Source: Candidatus Thorarchaeota archaeon (GTDB lineage Archaea; Asgardarchaeota; Thorarchaeia; Thorarchaeales; Thorarchaeaceae). Taken from it: 31,156 nucleotides of DNA. The DNA lies in the NCBI GenBank assembly GCA_016933575.1, contig JAFGAR010000125.1:1-31156 (forward strand), read 5' to 3'. Position 1 is the first letter of the stretch. Each line of letters begins with the position of its first letter. The notes below the pieces were generated by a model. It ran no database searches and had not been told where the DNA came from. It saw nothing but the letters and a program-made list of their open reading frames with translations. A program made the translations under genes and the position numbers. Of the stretch, positions 1 through 8,359 are shown in pieces.

Positions 1-128
1 GGCTCTGGTGAAAGGACTACCATGGCATAGATACGGGCTATCACCGGCTCCGTTCCCCTGAACTTCACAAGGTCCTCCAATATCCCTGTGAATGCCTCCC
101 TCATCTTCTCGTACTTGTCAGCGGTCAT
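1..128 (-). CDS. GbsR/MarR-family transcriptional regulator, N-terminal part (runs off window)
   Basis: Manual translation from ATG at 128: MTADKYEKMREAFTGILEDLVKFRGTEPVIARIYAMVVLSPEP. The G..P..ARIY..L.LS.EP pattern is typical of GbsR/MarR wHTH proteins. Divergent from the hydrolase gene. Confidence 0.6.
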   Translation of the reverse strand, partial: MTADKYEKMREAFTGILEDLVKFRGTEPVIARIYAMVVLSPE

Positions 129-150
129 TGTCTATTCCTTGTCCTTTTCC

Positions 151-205
151 CTTATAGATATTTTGCATATTTTGCATAAATTGCGCAACTATGAAAATTT
201 ATTAG
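151..205. promoter_or_regulatory. Divergent promoter region with probable operator
   Basis: Tandem ATATTTTGC x2 plus ATAAATTGC (158-184) and an imperfect inverted repeat centred on TTGCGCAA. BRE/TATA-like GAAAA-TTTATTAG at 193-205, about 25 nt upstream of ATG 228. Confidence 0.5.
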
Positions 206-227
206 TGAATTCCCCGTGATGTTCAAT

Positions 228-1172
228 ATGGTCGAGCTTGAAGAGAAGCGATTCCACACCGGTGAGATATCCATCAACTATGCTGAAGGACCGAGCAATG
301 GTCCGCCCCTCGTGCTCGTCCCTCCTCAGGGCGCTGACTGGACGAACTATCAGAACTCCATTCCCTTGCTAGTAGATGACTTCCATGTCTACGTGCTAGA
401 TGTCAGGGGGCATGGCAAATCCGATTGGACTACCGGGGACTATAGCTTCGATTCCATCGGCCGCGACATGACTGCGTTCCTTGAACATGTAGTTCAAGAG
501 TCAGCGATCATCTCTGGCAACTCGTCCGGTGGGCTCATCGCGCTCTGGTGCGCAGCGAATATCCCCGGCGACGTGCGCGGTATCATCATGGAGGATCCGC
601 CCCTGTTCTCTGCAGAATGGCCCCGGATCAAGGAGGAGTACGTGTATCAGGTCCTTCAGGCCACCGTGGAGATGAGCAGGGAGCTCACGGAGTCGAGGAG
701 CGTCGGGGGTCTCGCACGATGCTTCATGAAGGTCAAGAAACCTCTCCCCAGTGGGAAGATGACGAGCATTCCCCGCTCCGCAGCCTACCTCGTTTCCTTC
801 CTTGTCCGCGCATCCCAGAAGCTCACTGGAGGCAGTCCCTCCCTTCCTGGAAGGCTGGGCAGAGTCCTTGAGGTCTTGACTACCTTCGACCCGGACTTCT
901 CGCAGGCCTGGCTCGATGGTCGTATCTATGAGGGTCTCGACCATGCCGAGGCGTTACGACGCGCTCAGCGTCCTATGCTATTGATACAAGCGAACTGGCA
1001 CCGGCACCCTGAGTATGGACTGGTCGGCGCGATGGACGATGATGATGCAGCTCATGCACGAGAGGTGGCTCCAGATATGTGCTTCAAGCAGATAGACTCG
1101 GAGCATGTCGTTCACTCATACGATCCTGAAGCATTCGTTCACATCGTCAGAGAATTCATCTCTCACCTATGA
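228..1172 (+). CDS. Alpha/beta fold hydrolase
   Basis: GPPLVLV, DVRGHGKSD, nucleophile elbow GNSSGG, EDPP and C-terminal His (SEHVVH). The ORF is open from 216; start 228 is favoured by TATA spacing. Confidence 0.9.
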   Translation: MVELEEKRFHTGEISINYAEGPSNGPPLVLVPPQGADWTNYQNSIPLLVDDFHVYVLDVRGHGKSDWTTGDYSFDSIGRDMTAFLEHVVQESAIISGNSSGGLIALWCAANIPGDVRGIIMEDPPLFSAEWPRIKEEYVYQVLQATVEMSRELTESRSVGGLARCFMKVKKPLPSGKMTSIPRSAAYLVSFLVRASQKLTGGSPSLPGRLGRVLEVLTTFDPDFSQAWLDGRIYEGLDHAEALRRAQRPMLLIQANWHRHPEYGLVGAMDDDDAAHAREVAPDMCFKQIDSEHVVHSYDPEAFVHIVREFISHL

Positions 1173-1191
1173 GGATGGAAGAGATATTGCG

Positions 1192-2040
1192 TTGAAATCA
1201 AGGATATTATCTGAGGAGCTTGATTCCTTCATGGTGGGTTCATTGATTACGACGCAGAATGAGGTGCTTGTTCCTCGTACATGGGGGACATACTGGGACA
1301 AGTTCGGAGAAACCCTTGTCAGGTTGCTTGAAATCCGTGAAGGTGCCCATGTCCTTGATATCGGGACCGGCGGCGGGTCCACTCTCTTCCCCGCATCGAG
1401 GCGAGTCGGTCCGACGGGAAAGGTGACAGGTGTGGAGCTCTGCGAGCATTGTGTGGGACGGACCAATGGCGAGATAGCTCGCTGTGGCATCTCCAACGCT
1501 GAGGTCCATCCGATCGATGCTCGGACGATGGACTTTCCTGACGCCTCATTCGACTATGTCATCGCGGGTTTCATCGGATGTGACGACTACTTCGACTTCA
1601 CGACGAACACTTTCGTGGCTGAGGATGTCCTGACCAAGCAGATCGTGCGGGTGCTGAAGCCTGGTGGTCGGTTCGGCCTGAGCACATGGCTGGTCCAAGA
1701 GGACCTTGACTGGATGAAGCGGTTCTTTAATGACCATGGGCTCGAGTGCAGGACGAACTATCATGCAGAGCATGAGGATGGCTGGCGAGCCATCATGAGG
1801 GCGGCTGGATTGGAGGACCTTTGGTTCTTAGAGGAGGCGTATCGGTATACCTATCCGACCCTTGAGCTCTGGTGGAAGGAGATGCTGGACTACGACTGGT
1901 TCGAGGGGCAGAAGAACAGCGATGTGATAGATGAATCGATGGTACAGGATGCTCATAGGCGCATCAAGAAACATGCGACTGAGAACGGGTGCATCCGATT
2001 CGGTAGAAAAGCGATATTCCTTACGGCTAGGAGAGCATAG
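1192..2040 (+). CDS. Class I SAM-dependent methyltransferase (UbiE/Methyltransf_11/31-like)
   Basis: Motif I VLDIGTGGG, VTGVE, FPDASFDYV, RVLKPGG. Start uncertain (TTG 1192 or ATG 1231; ORF open from 1105). Confidence 0.88.
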   Translation: MKSRILSEELDSFMVGSLITTQNEVLVPRTWGTYWDKFGETLVRLLEIREGAHVLDIGTGGGSTLFPASRRVGPTGKVTGVELCEHCVGRTNGEIARCGISNAEVHPIDARTMDFPDASFDYVIAGFIGCDDYFDFTTNTFVAEDVLTKQIVRVLKPGGRFGLSTWLVQEDLDWMKRFFNDHGLECRTNYHAEHEDGWRAIMRAAGLEDLWFLEEAYRYTYPTLELWWKEMLDYDWFEGQKNSDVIDESMVQDAHRRIKKHATENGCIRFGRKAIFLTARRA

Positions 2041-2050
2041 GAATATTGAC

Positions 2051-2296
2051 TCACATCTTTGAGCCTGTATTGTGTGACGAATCTGCTTTCTTTGTTCTCA
2101 TGGTATCGATATAGTCCTTCACGCGTATCGCACAAGCAATAGGGTCTTCCTTGACCGCGTGCTCCAAAATGACAAAGGCATTTCAGTCTACATCTTCTAG
2201 TTTCTGATTCTGTTTTGCATCATGTGCGACGTTCTACTCGAACTTCGCTATCCAGCATTCAGTGTTCATCCGAGAGCTGGGAATATCGCATTTAGG
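2051..2296 (-). pseudogene. Degenerate 3' half of a vsr gene
   Basis: Manual translation PKCDIPSSRMNTECWIAKFE*NVAHDAKQNQKLEDVD*NAFVILEHAVKEDPIACAIRVKDYIDT aligns without gaps to the intact Vsr at 4160-4690 (PTCDIPIPQTNTEYWQTKFERNRARDERKKQRLEEMGWKVFVIWEHEVKEDPLACAQRVKDYIDA). In-frame stops at 2234-2236 and 2183-2185. Confidence 0.85.
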
Positions 2297-2573
2297 TTCT
2301 GGTGAGTCATGTCGCTTGGCCAGATGTCAACCAAAATGAGGCAAAAAATACCTAATTTATGACATCCCCTCTGAAAGAACCTCTTGGTCCCTCCATGTCA
2401 AAGGAGTGGTCTAGGAAAACTGCGCTAGAAGTGTCCAAACACGCTCTTTCCTTGAGACCTCTGCATCGTCATCTCAGTGAACGCCTTTATATCGTCCAGG
2501 ACAACTCCTCTATGAGATTAGAGCTATTCCCTCGAGCACACCGCTGGGGAGTCTAATTGAGGAGTATCAGCTC

Positions 2574-3542
2574 ATGAAAGAGGAGAGGAAGTTCTCTAAG
2601 AGGAAGCTTGTCATACTGTCAGCTCTATCTGTGACAGTCATGCTCGGGTTCCAGCTTGTCGCGGCCACAGCATGGACTACACATAACACTATTCTGGGTC
2701 TGAGGATTAGTGAAGCTTCAAACACAATATGGGAAATGAATAATGAGGATTCTCAGTCATATTCATTTAAGATAGGATGTCTCACGGTCACATTGGCAAT
2801 ACTAGAAACCGAGAGACATTTGTATATAATATTTGATAATCGCCAAGAAAGATCATATCTGGAATTTCTTGTCGAACCTGTGAAAGATGGCTGGAGAACG
2901 ACCATTCGAATTGATGGCCTTCTCTTGATTGAAACTATTTACTCGACAAATATCATTGCTTCCTTGAGATTCCTCGAGTCAACAGAGCAATACACGCTCT
3001 CAGACGTACCAAGAGGCAATCCAATAACTGCAAGTTATTCATTCAGATGGTGGGATGGCATCTACATGGTCACAGGTCCCTCTTATTTGATAAAGTATCA
3101 TCACCCGGACCGTGACTATTATCAAATTGCGACTTGGATGGATTGGAGTCGTACTGGCAACGAAGTAGTCCATAACCAAATAAATTCAATAACCTCAGGA
3201 TACATAATCCCCGGAGGTTGGGCTGCTCTCTTCGCGGCAGTTGCGGCATACTTGGCTTATCCGGCAGGAGCAGGAGCCCAAGCTGTAGCTGCTCTTTTTG
3301 CAGGGTTATTCGGTGCGATATTTGGTTATGTCACTGCTGCACAACTTGGTGACGAAACAGGCTGTATCTGGTGGTGGTGGGGTAGGGATTTTGATGCATG
3401 GTTCTGGGCTAATTGGTGGTGGATAGTCCCCCTCGGTCCACAATGGTTCATAGCAATAGTCGAAGTTCAGCTCAACCAAATAGGCTATTTCAGAGTTGGT
3501 GATTATACATTTGTAGATCCACAACGCTTTGGTAATCCGTGA
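2574..3542 (+). CDS. Secreted protein with Gly/Ala hydrophobic hairpin and Trp-rich C-terminus; candidate archaeocin-like toxin
   Basis: Basic N-terminus, hydrophobic h-region and ATA cleavage-like site. C-terminal GGWAALFAAVAAYLAYPAGAGAQAVAALFAGLFGAIFG and CIWWWWG...WFWANWWW. GAGGAG RBS upstream. Function is inferred. Confidence 0.6.
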   Translation: MKEERKFSKRKLVILSALSVTVMLGFQLVAATAWTTHNTILGLRISEASNTIWEMNNEDSQSYSFKIGCLTVTLAILETERHLYIIFDNRQERSYLEFLVEPVKDGWRTTIRIDGLLLIETIYSTNIIASLRFLESTEQYTLSDVPRGNPITASYSFRWWDGIYMVTGPSYLIKYHHPDRDYYQIATWMDWSRTGNEVVHNQINSITSGYIIPGGWAALFAAVAAYLAYPAGAGAQAVAALFAGLFGAIFGYVTAAQLGDETGCIWWWWGRDFDAWFWANWWWIVPLGPQWFIAIVEVQLNQIGYFRVGDYTFVDPQRFGNP

Positions 3543-3566
3543 CAAGGTTTGGAGGTGTAAATTCAG

Positions 3567-3974
3567 ATGTCCCTATATGAGTGGAAGTATGCGTCATTAG
3601 CCGGGATGGTATCAGCGATCATCGCAGCATCTGTGCAGATCATAGCAGTACTTCTGCAGGAAAGTCCCGAGCCTCCGATTGGGCTTTCAGTCGTTGTCAT
3701 CATTTCGCTTTTGGGAGCTTCAATATTGCTACCGGCATCCCATGTTCTGCATGCAAAAGGTCGAGGCGTGATACCTGGTATCGTGTTGATACTGACAGGA
3801 TTGGTCTTGCTTGTCTTCACTTGGTCATTCCATAATCTCATTGCATCCCTTTTCTATCCTAGAACACTGGTGTCAGGATTCATAATGGTCGATTCAATGT
3901 TTATTTCATTGGCGGGATGGATTCTGTTGATGCAACACAGAGGATGCTTGACCAGATATTCCACTAATAATTGA
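3567..3974 (+). CDS. Small 4-TM membrane protein; candidate immunity protein
   Basis: GGAGGTG RBS upstream, four hydrophobic segments, 24 nt downstream of the secreted protein gene. Confidence 0.6.
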   Translation: MSLYEWKYASLAGMVSAIIAASVQIIAVLLQESPEPPIGLSVVVIISLLGASILLPASHVLHAKGRGVIPGIVLILTGLVLLVFTWSFHNLIASLFYPRTLVSGFIMVDSMFISLAGWILLMQHRGCLTRYSTNN

Positions 3975-4159
3975 CTAGATCCAGGAACTGATCAGGTGCA
4001 TATATTGGTGCGAGGGGACTGACGATCTATTGGCAGGCCTGGCCCTCAAATGAGGGGTCGCGCAGGCTCGCGGAGAGATGCGGGTTCTTGCTTGTTACTA
4101 CGTCAAACGCCTATTTCGTCCAGTATGACGCGCTAGGTCAATGAACCATGCATTTCGGG

Positions 4160-4690
4160 TCATCTTGATGCCTTCGCACTCACTGCATCTATGTAATCCT
4201 TCACACGCTGCGCACAAGCGAGGGGGTCCTCCTTCACCTCGTGCTCCCAGATGACGAAGACCTTCCAGCCCATCTCCTCCAGCCTTTGCTTCTTCCTTTC
4301 ATCACGCGCTCGGTTCCGCTCGAACTTCGTCTGCCAGTACTCTGTGTTCGTTTGAGGAATCGGGATATCGCACGTCGGGCAACTGTGCCAGTAGCAGCCG
4401 TGGACGAAGATGGCTATGCGCCTTCCTGGATAGGCGATGTCTGGGCTTCCAGGGGCCTTCTTCCAGTGTAGCCTGTATCCCGGAATCCCCGCCTTACGAA
4501 GGGCAGCTCTCATGAGGAGCTCGGGGGTTGTGTCCTTTCCCCTATTCCCCTTCATTACTCTTGATACAGCTGGAGAGGATGGTGGAGGTATTCGCCCAAC
4601 CCCTCGTTGAGCTATTTCATCATCAGACTTCATCTTGAAGCACTCGGAATTTGCCATGGTGTATATGCTGTAGATATACTGCTGTACCAT
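4160..4690 (-). CDS. vsr: Very short patch repair endonuclease
   Basis: SRVMKGNRGKDTTPE, PGSPDIAY, AIFVHGCYWHSC, YW..KFERN..RD, GWKVFVIWE. The real start is probably a downstream ATG. Confidence 0.92.
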   Translation of the reverse strand: MVQQYIYSIYTMANSECFKMKSDDEIAQRGVGRIPPPSSPAVSRVMKGNRGKDTTPELLMRAALRKAGIPGYRLHWKKAPGSPDIAYPGRRIAIFVHGCYWHSCPTCDIPIPQTNTEYWQTKFERNRARDERKKQRLEEMGWKVFVIWEHEVKEDPLACAQRVKDYIDAVSAKASR

Positions 4691-4750
4691 CGTATAAGCA
4701 CACCGAGTGAAGGCATCACTTCAGACACCTGGTTCTAGTTCCGTCTGCAC

Positions 4751-5209
4751 TCAAAGAGCCTCTGGGAATCTAACTTGCATATCCTCTCCATGCAATATCT
4801 TTCCCGCCTCTCGGATATCGATGCTGTCAGCACTGGATAGAGGGAATCGTTTCAACGGTTTCATCATTCTCTCCACATACATCGCTCCATCCAGATGACC
4901 ATAGTCAAGGCTCGGATTCTCAATCATGATGTCTGGTATGAAATAGACGTTGAGCTTGCTCGTGTAGTCCGGGTTGAACTCACGCAGTTCTTTGACCAAC
5001 TGCCCGACACTCCAATGTCCGCCTTTTCCTAGACGATCACCTAGAACCACAGCAATGTTGATGCTACTCTCTCCCTTTGTGAAAGCATCCTTTGTTAGAT
5101 CTCTATACAGTATAATCGACTGCTTAGAGCCAAATCTCAAGTCTATTCTATGAGTGATTTCATCTATGTACTCATTCAAATCAGGGTATTCTTGGAATGT
5201 GGATTCCAT
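4751..5209 (-). CDS. Pol-beta superfamily nucleotidyltransferase-like domain, catalytically degenerate
   Basis: SIILYRDLTKDAFTKGESSINIAVVL mirrors the YGS..RGDF...SDID..VV pattern with GS and DxD lost; IREAGKILHGED tail. Confidence 0.5.
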   Translation of the reverse strand: MESTFQEYPDLNEYIDEITHRIDLRFGSKQSIILYRDLTKDAFTKGESSINIAVVLGDRLGKGGHWSVGQLVKELREFNPDYTSKLNVYFIPDIMIENPSLDYGHLDGAMYVERMMKPLKRFPLSSADSIDIREAGKILHGEDMQVRFPEAL

Positions 5210-5295
5210 GCGATTCTACCTCTCTTTGCATTGAACGATTGGCTATTCACAGCGGAATATCTGATTAATAACTAATTCATTACATATGGGAAAAA

Positions 5296-6921
5296 TCATT
5301 CTGAAGACCTAATCCTTGCAATCCAATCCACTAGTGCATTCTCTGGACACGACCATTTTTGATATCTAGGATCCCAAAGATCGATTGGAAAGCCCCAAAC
5401 TCCGTAGATCTTCGGGCTTAGTATGGCGACCTGAGTCATATTAGTTGCATCTTCTAGAGCTAAAGAGAATCCATAGCTACCTCCAGCTGGAAGGTCGACC
5501 TGCATACTAAGATCTCCCCTCTCTGAGAAGGAGATGATGCTTCGAGGGAGTCTTTGTGTCCAACCAGATATTGCCTCAGAGGTTCTTGGGTCTACTTCGC
5601 AAACGAACACATGCTCGTGTAATCCAATATTGTGTGCTTCCCATATCGTCGCTATGAGTCCAGAATCTCTAAGTTCTCTCAACCTAGTTGCGAGCCTTTC
5701 CTGCCCGACCCTTAGCTCTGTCCGAATACTTGCCACAGAGTTTATGCCATTTAGAATGCACTCGACGATCTGCATATCGAATTTTGTTAGACTTAGAGTT
5801 GTCGATGCCTGAGGTTTATCAACTCTAGGGAAGGCTTGAGCTAAGTCGTCTTTCAGAATTCTGTCAAGTTGAACAGACATCAATTCCCAAGGGATATCCC
5901 AGCCCTCATTCTCTCTGTAGAAATCGAATGAGGTTGAAACCCCGGAGGACCGAATATCATGTATGTTCGTTTCAAATCCACACTTCGAAATCAGATCCAG
6001 CCCTTTCTTCAGATAGTCTATACTCTTCGGATTATTCGGAATACAAAGAGTACCAATGGAATCCCACGGTCCAGCTAGTACTTGTCTGTAGGAATATAGG
6101 AACGGGCAATCTTTGATCAGTATGAACGGATCAATAATTCCACCAGCTCGTTTTATGATGAGATGAGCCATATCAATTTTGATCTTTGAGAAAGGAATCC
6201 GTGTGAACTCCCTCAGAATATGTCTATTACGAAGGTCAGTTACCTTCTTTGACACCCATTCCGTTGAAAGATCGATATGCTTGGCAAGGTCTGTGATGGA
6301 GTATGTGCAATCTTCTAACAAATGAGAAATTATCTTCAGCTCAGTCATATCTAGGATATTCTCAAAGCGTTTGAATCTCATGGAGAAGTATTTAAGATAT
6401 TCTTCAAGTGAGAGAGGGATCTCATTCTTTGCCCTATAGGTGAGGTCTCTTACGATGAAATTAAGTCCCCTCTCTCCTGCGATAGAATAGAGCCACTGGT
6501 AGGCATTTACGGGGTCATATCCTAATACAGGTGATATCTTGATTCTAGGAGCATATCTCGACCAGATTGATGTCCATTTCTCTCTCATGTCATCATCATC
6601 GATGGTCTGTCTTGCAAACTCAAAAGAGATATCGCTCACACACTCCTCACAAAGCATTTCCTTTGATAGCATCATCTCCATATAGACTTTGGAAAGAGCT
6701 GCTCTAAGGATTTCAGGTTGTTCAGTGATCATAGAATCGACAAATGCTCTTTCATTCTTCAAGATGATCGGAACAATGGTTGAATACTCATCATGCTGAT
6801 AGATTTCACACTCTGGAGGTTCTGAAACTATATGTAGATCGAACCGATTCGAGATTACTTTTGATATCTCTTCCCAATACTCACCTATTCTTTCTAACAG
6901 CGTAATTGACTCCTCTTCTAT
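5296..6921 (-). CDS. Large Lrp/AsnC-like regulator with two wHTH domains
   Basis: HTH 1 LDMTELKIISHL...SITDLAKHIDLSTEWVSKKVTDL and HTH 2 LTKFDMQIV...SVASIRTELRVGQERLATRLREL, each followed by a ferredoxin/RAM-like segment. The frame stays open 53 codons upstream of the called TTG 6762, up to ATA 6921, which has GAGGTG 8 nt upstream. Confidence 0.7.
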   Translation of the reverse strand: MEEESITLLERIGEYWEEISKVISNRFDLHIVSEPPECEIYQHDEYSTIVPIILKNERAFVDSMITEQPEILRAALSKVYMEMMLSKEMLCEECVSDISFEFARQTIDDDDMREKWTSIWSRYAPRIKISPVLGYDPVNAYQWLYSIAGERGLNFIVRDLTYRAKNEIPLSLEEYLKYFSMRFKRFENILDMTELKIISHLLEDCTYSITDLAKHIDLSTEWVSKKVTDLRNRHILREFTRIPFSKIKIDMAHLIIKRAGGIIDPFILIKDCPFLYSYRQVLAGPWDSIGTLCIPNNPKSIDYLKKGLDLISKCGFETNIHDIRSSGVSTSFDFYRENEGWDIPWELMSVQLDRILKDDLAQAFPRVDKPQASTTLSLTKFDMQIVECILNGINSVASIRTELRVGQERLATRLRELRDSGLIATIWEAHNIGLHEHVFVCEVDPRTSEAISGWTQRLPRSIISFSERGDLSMQVDLPAGGSYGFSLALEDATNMTQVAILSPKIYGVWGFPIDLWDPRYQKWSCPENALVDWIARIRSSE

Positions 6922-6948
6922 TGGCCCAGCACCTCAGCACATCCAGCT

Positions 6949-7239
6949 CTAAGAATGATGTCGCATCCATAAACTTTCGTGTTTCATGACAACTTTCTTT
7001 GTATGGGTTCGCAATCCGCACTCTGGGCAATAATCCCCCTGTGAGGAAATCTTCTCACATCTACTTTGTTTGTCTTCACCGTGAGTTGTACTTGATCGCA
7101 ATGTTCGACATGAGTACACCTCCAGGTGACCCAGACTGGCCATGGGCTCCAAGACCTGAGAATTCCCGGCCAAAGAAATAGTACCTTCAAGCATTCCTAC
7201 GGGGCGTTGTTCTAACGCCCCTTTCTTTTTTGGTACCAT
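6949..7239 (-). CDS. Small hypothetical protein with CPECG zinc-ribbon-like motif (start uncertain, possibly decayed)
   Basis: YCPECG knuckle; ends just upstream of the RBS of the regulator gene. Confidence 0.35.
   Translation of the reverse strand: MVPKKKGALEQRPVGMLEGTISLAGNSQVLEPMASLGHLEVYSCRTLRSSTTHGEDKQSRCEKISSQGDYCPECGLRTHTKKVVMKHESLWMRHHS
7201..7231 (+). terminator. Perfect GC hairpin followed by a T tract
   Basis: GGGGCGTT-GTTCT-AACGCCCC-TTTCTTTTTT. Confidence 0.4.
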
Positions 7240-7702
7240 AATGAATGAGTATCCGATTTGATTCGATAACGAAAATCAGTTCAAGATCCGTACTGCTTTC
7301 TTCAATCATACTCCGTGATCTTCTCTTCAGATGCGTCAATTCGTTCTATTGACGATAAATAACGAGGTTCGAATACTATATAGTATCAACTTAGCCTAAC
7401 ATTCTACAGATGTCGATGGACATCGAATCACCCTCAAGACACATACCTGAAATAGTATGGGTTCTGTGGGAATTTTGTAAGGGCGTAAGAAAACTAGCCT
7501 CGTTAGCTATTGTGACACTTGGAATTCATAAACTAGTCCTTTGAAAAGGACGGTTTGTGAGTGAATCGAGTCGCAGATACTCTCTGTGTATCGAAGTTGA
7601 TGCTCAGAGAAAACGGATGGTGCTAACTTTATTGCATCATCCTACCAACTTGTTACAATAGTAAAAGAATTATCAAAATATAAGAAAATAGGAGAATTAA
7701 CG

Positions 7703-8263
7703 TTGGATTTTGAAGTAGGATTCCATCAACGGAATAAAGCTTTCAGATACATGGAAAATCCCGCATTAAAGCAATTGCTGGAGTTGATAAAAGATGAAGA
7801 TTACTTTCCTGAGGAATCGAGGAAGAGCAAGGGTGGAAAAAGAAAAAGCGGAGTTCGTGAAATAGCGAAACAGGTTTTCAATGATAGGCTAGCTGATACT
7901 TGGCAATGTGATGTAGAAATATTCGATATTTCCAGTATCCCTGCATCCAAGCTGCATTACCTAAAAGCCAGAGTGGGTGTTGTTCGAAGCTTGCAGCATA
8001 GGACAACGATGGGAACCGACATTCTTAGGCTTGAAGTTGCATACCGTTTTCTTGATATCATTGATATTGGTGTATTCATTTGTGGGACAAGCGGCTTTGA
8101 AAAATACTATCTGGGTACTGAGGATTCTAGGATCGAACATATGGTTATCTTTGAAGAACTTGTTGATTACCTTGAGATGGTTTCTGGTGTTATTACAGTT
8201 CCCATTGTACTCATTGGACTCAAGAAGCCACCAAAACAACGCCAAACCAAACTTCCTAAATAG
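7703..8263 (+). CDS. BglII/BstYI-family restriction endonuclease-like protein, catalytic residues apparently lost
   Basis: HYLKARVGVVRSL...TDILRLEVAY...IDIGVFI...FEELVDYL...ITVPIVLIGL follows the family pattern D..K..V.VEVQF...YD..K.....IDVG.II...FE.L...L....VP...IG. GGAG RBS before TTG. Confidence 0.6.
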   Translation: MDFEVGFHQRNKAFRYMENPALKQLLELIKDEDYFPEESRKSKGGKRKSGVREIAKQVFNDRLADTWQCDVEIFDISSIPASKLHYLKARVGVVRSLQHRTTMGTDILRLEVAYRFLDIIDIGVFICGTSGFEKYYLGTEDSRIEHMVIFEELVDYLEMVSGVITVPIVLIGLKKPPKQRQTKLPK

Positions 8264-8359
8264 GTCATTCCCTGTGTCTGGAATCGGAATTTTCATTCTA
8301 TTGGGTCAGGTGACTTTTTATCAGAGTGATAGTATGAGAAATCGAATTTCAAGACAAAA

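Noticed and set aside
2359-2556. 65-aa ORF upstream of the secreted protein
   Set aside because: No motif; overlaps the probable promoter (TTTATAT near 2485).
4036-4067. GC-rich hairpin CCCTCA-AA-TGAGGG between convergent genes
   Set aside because: Short stem with no T tract; not enough to call a terminator or RNA.
4160-4690. vsr as part of the methylation island
   Set aside because: Vsr normally partners C5-cytosine MTases. None is present (no PCQ/ENV motifs), and vsr is 3 kb away in GC-richer DNA.
7076-7078. UGA read-through as selenocysteine in the micro-ORF
   Set aside because: A TAG stop follows after four more codons and no SECIS could be supported.
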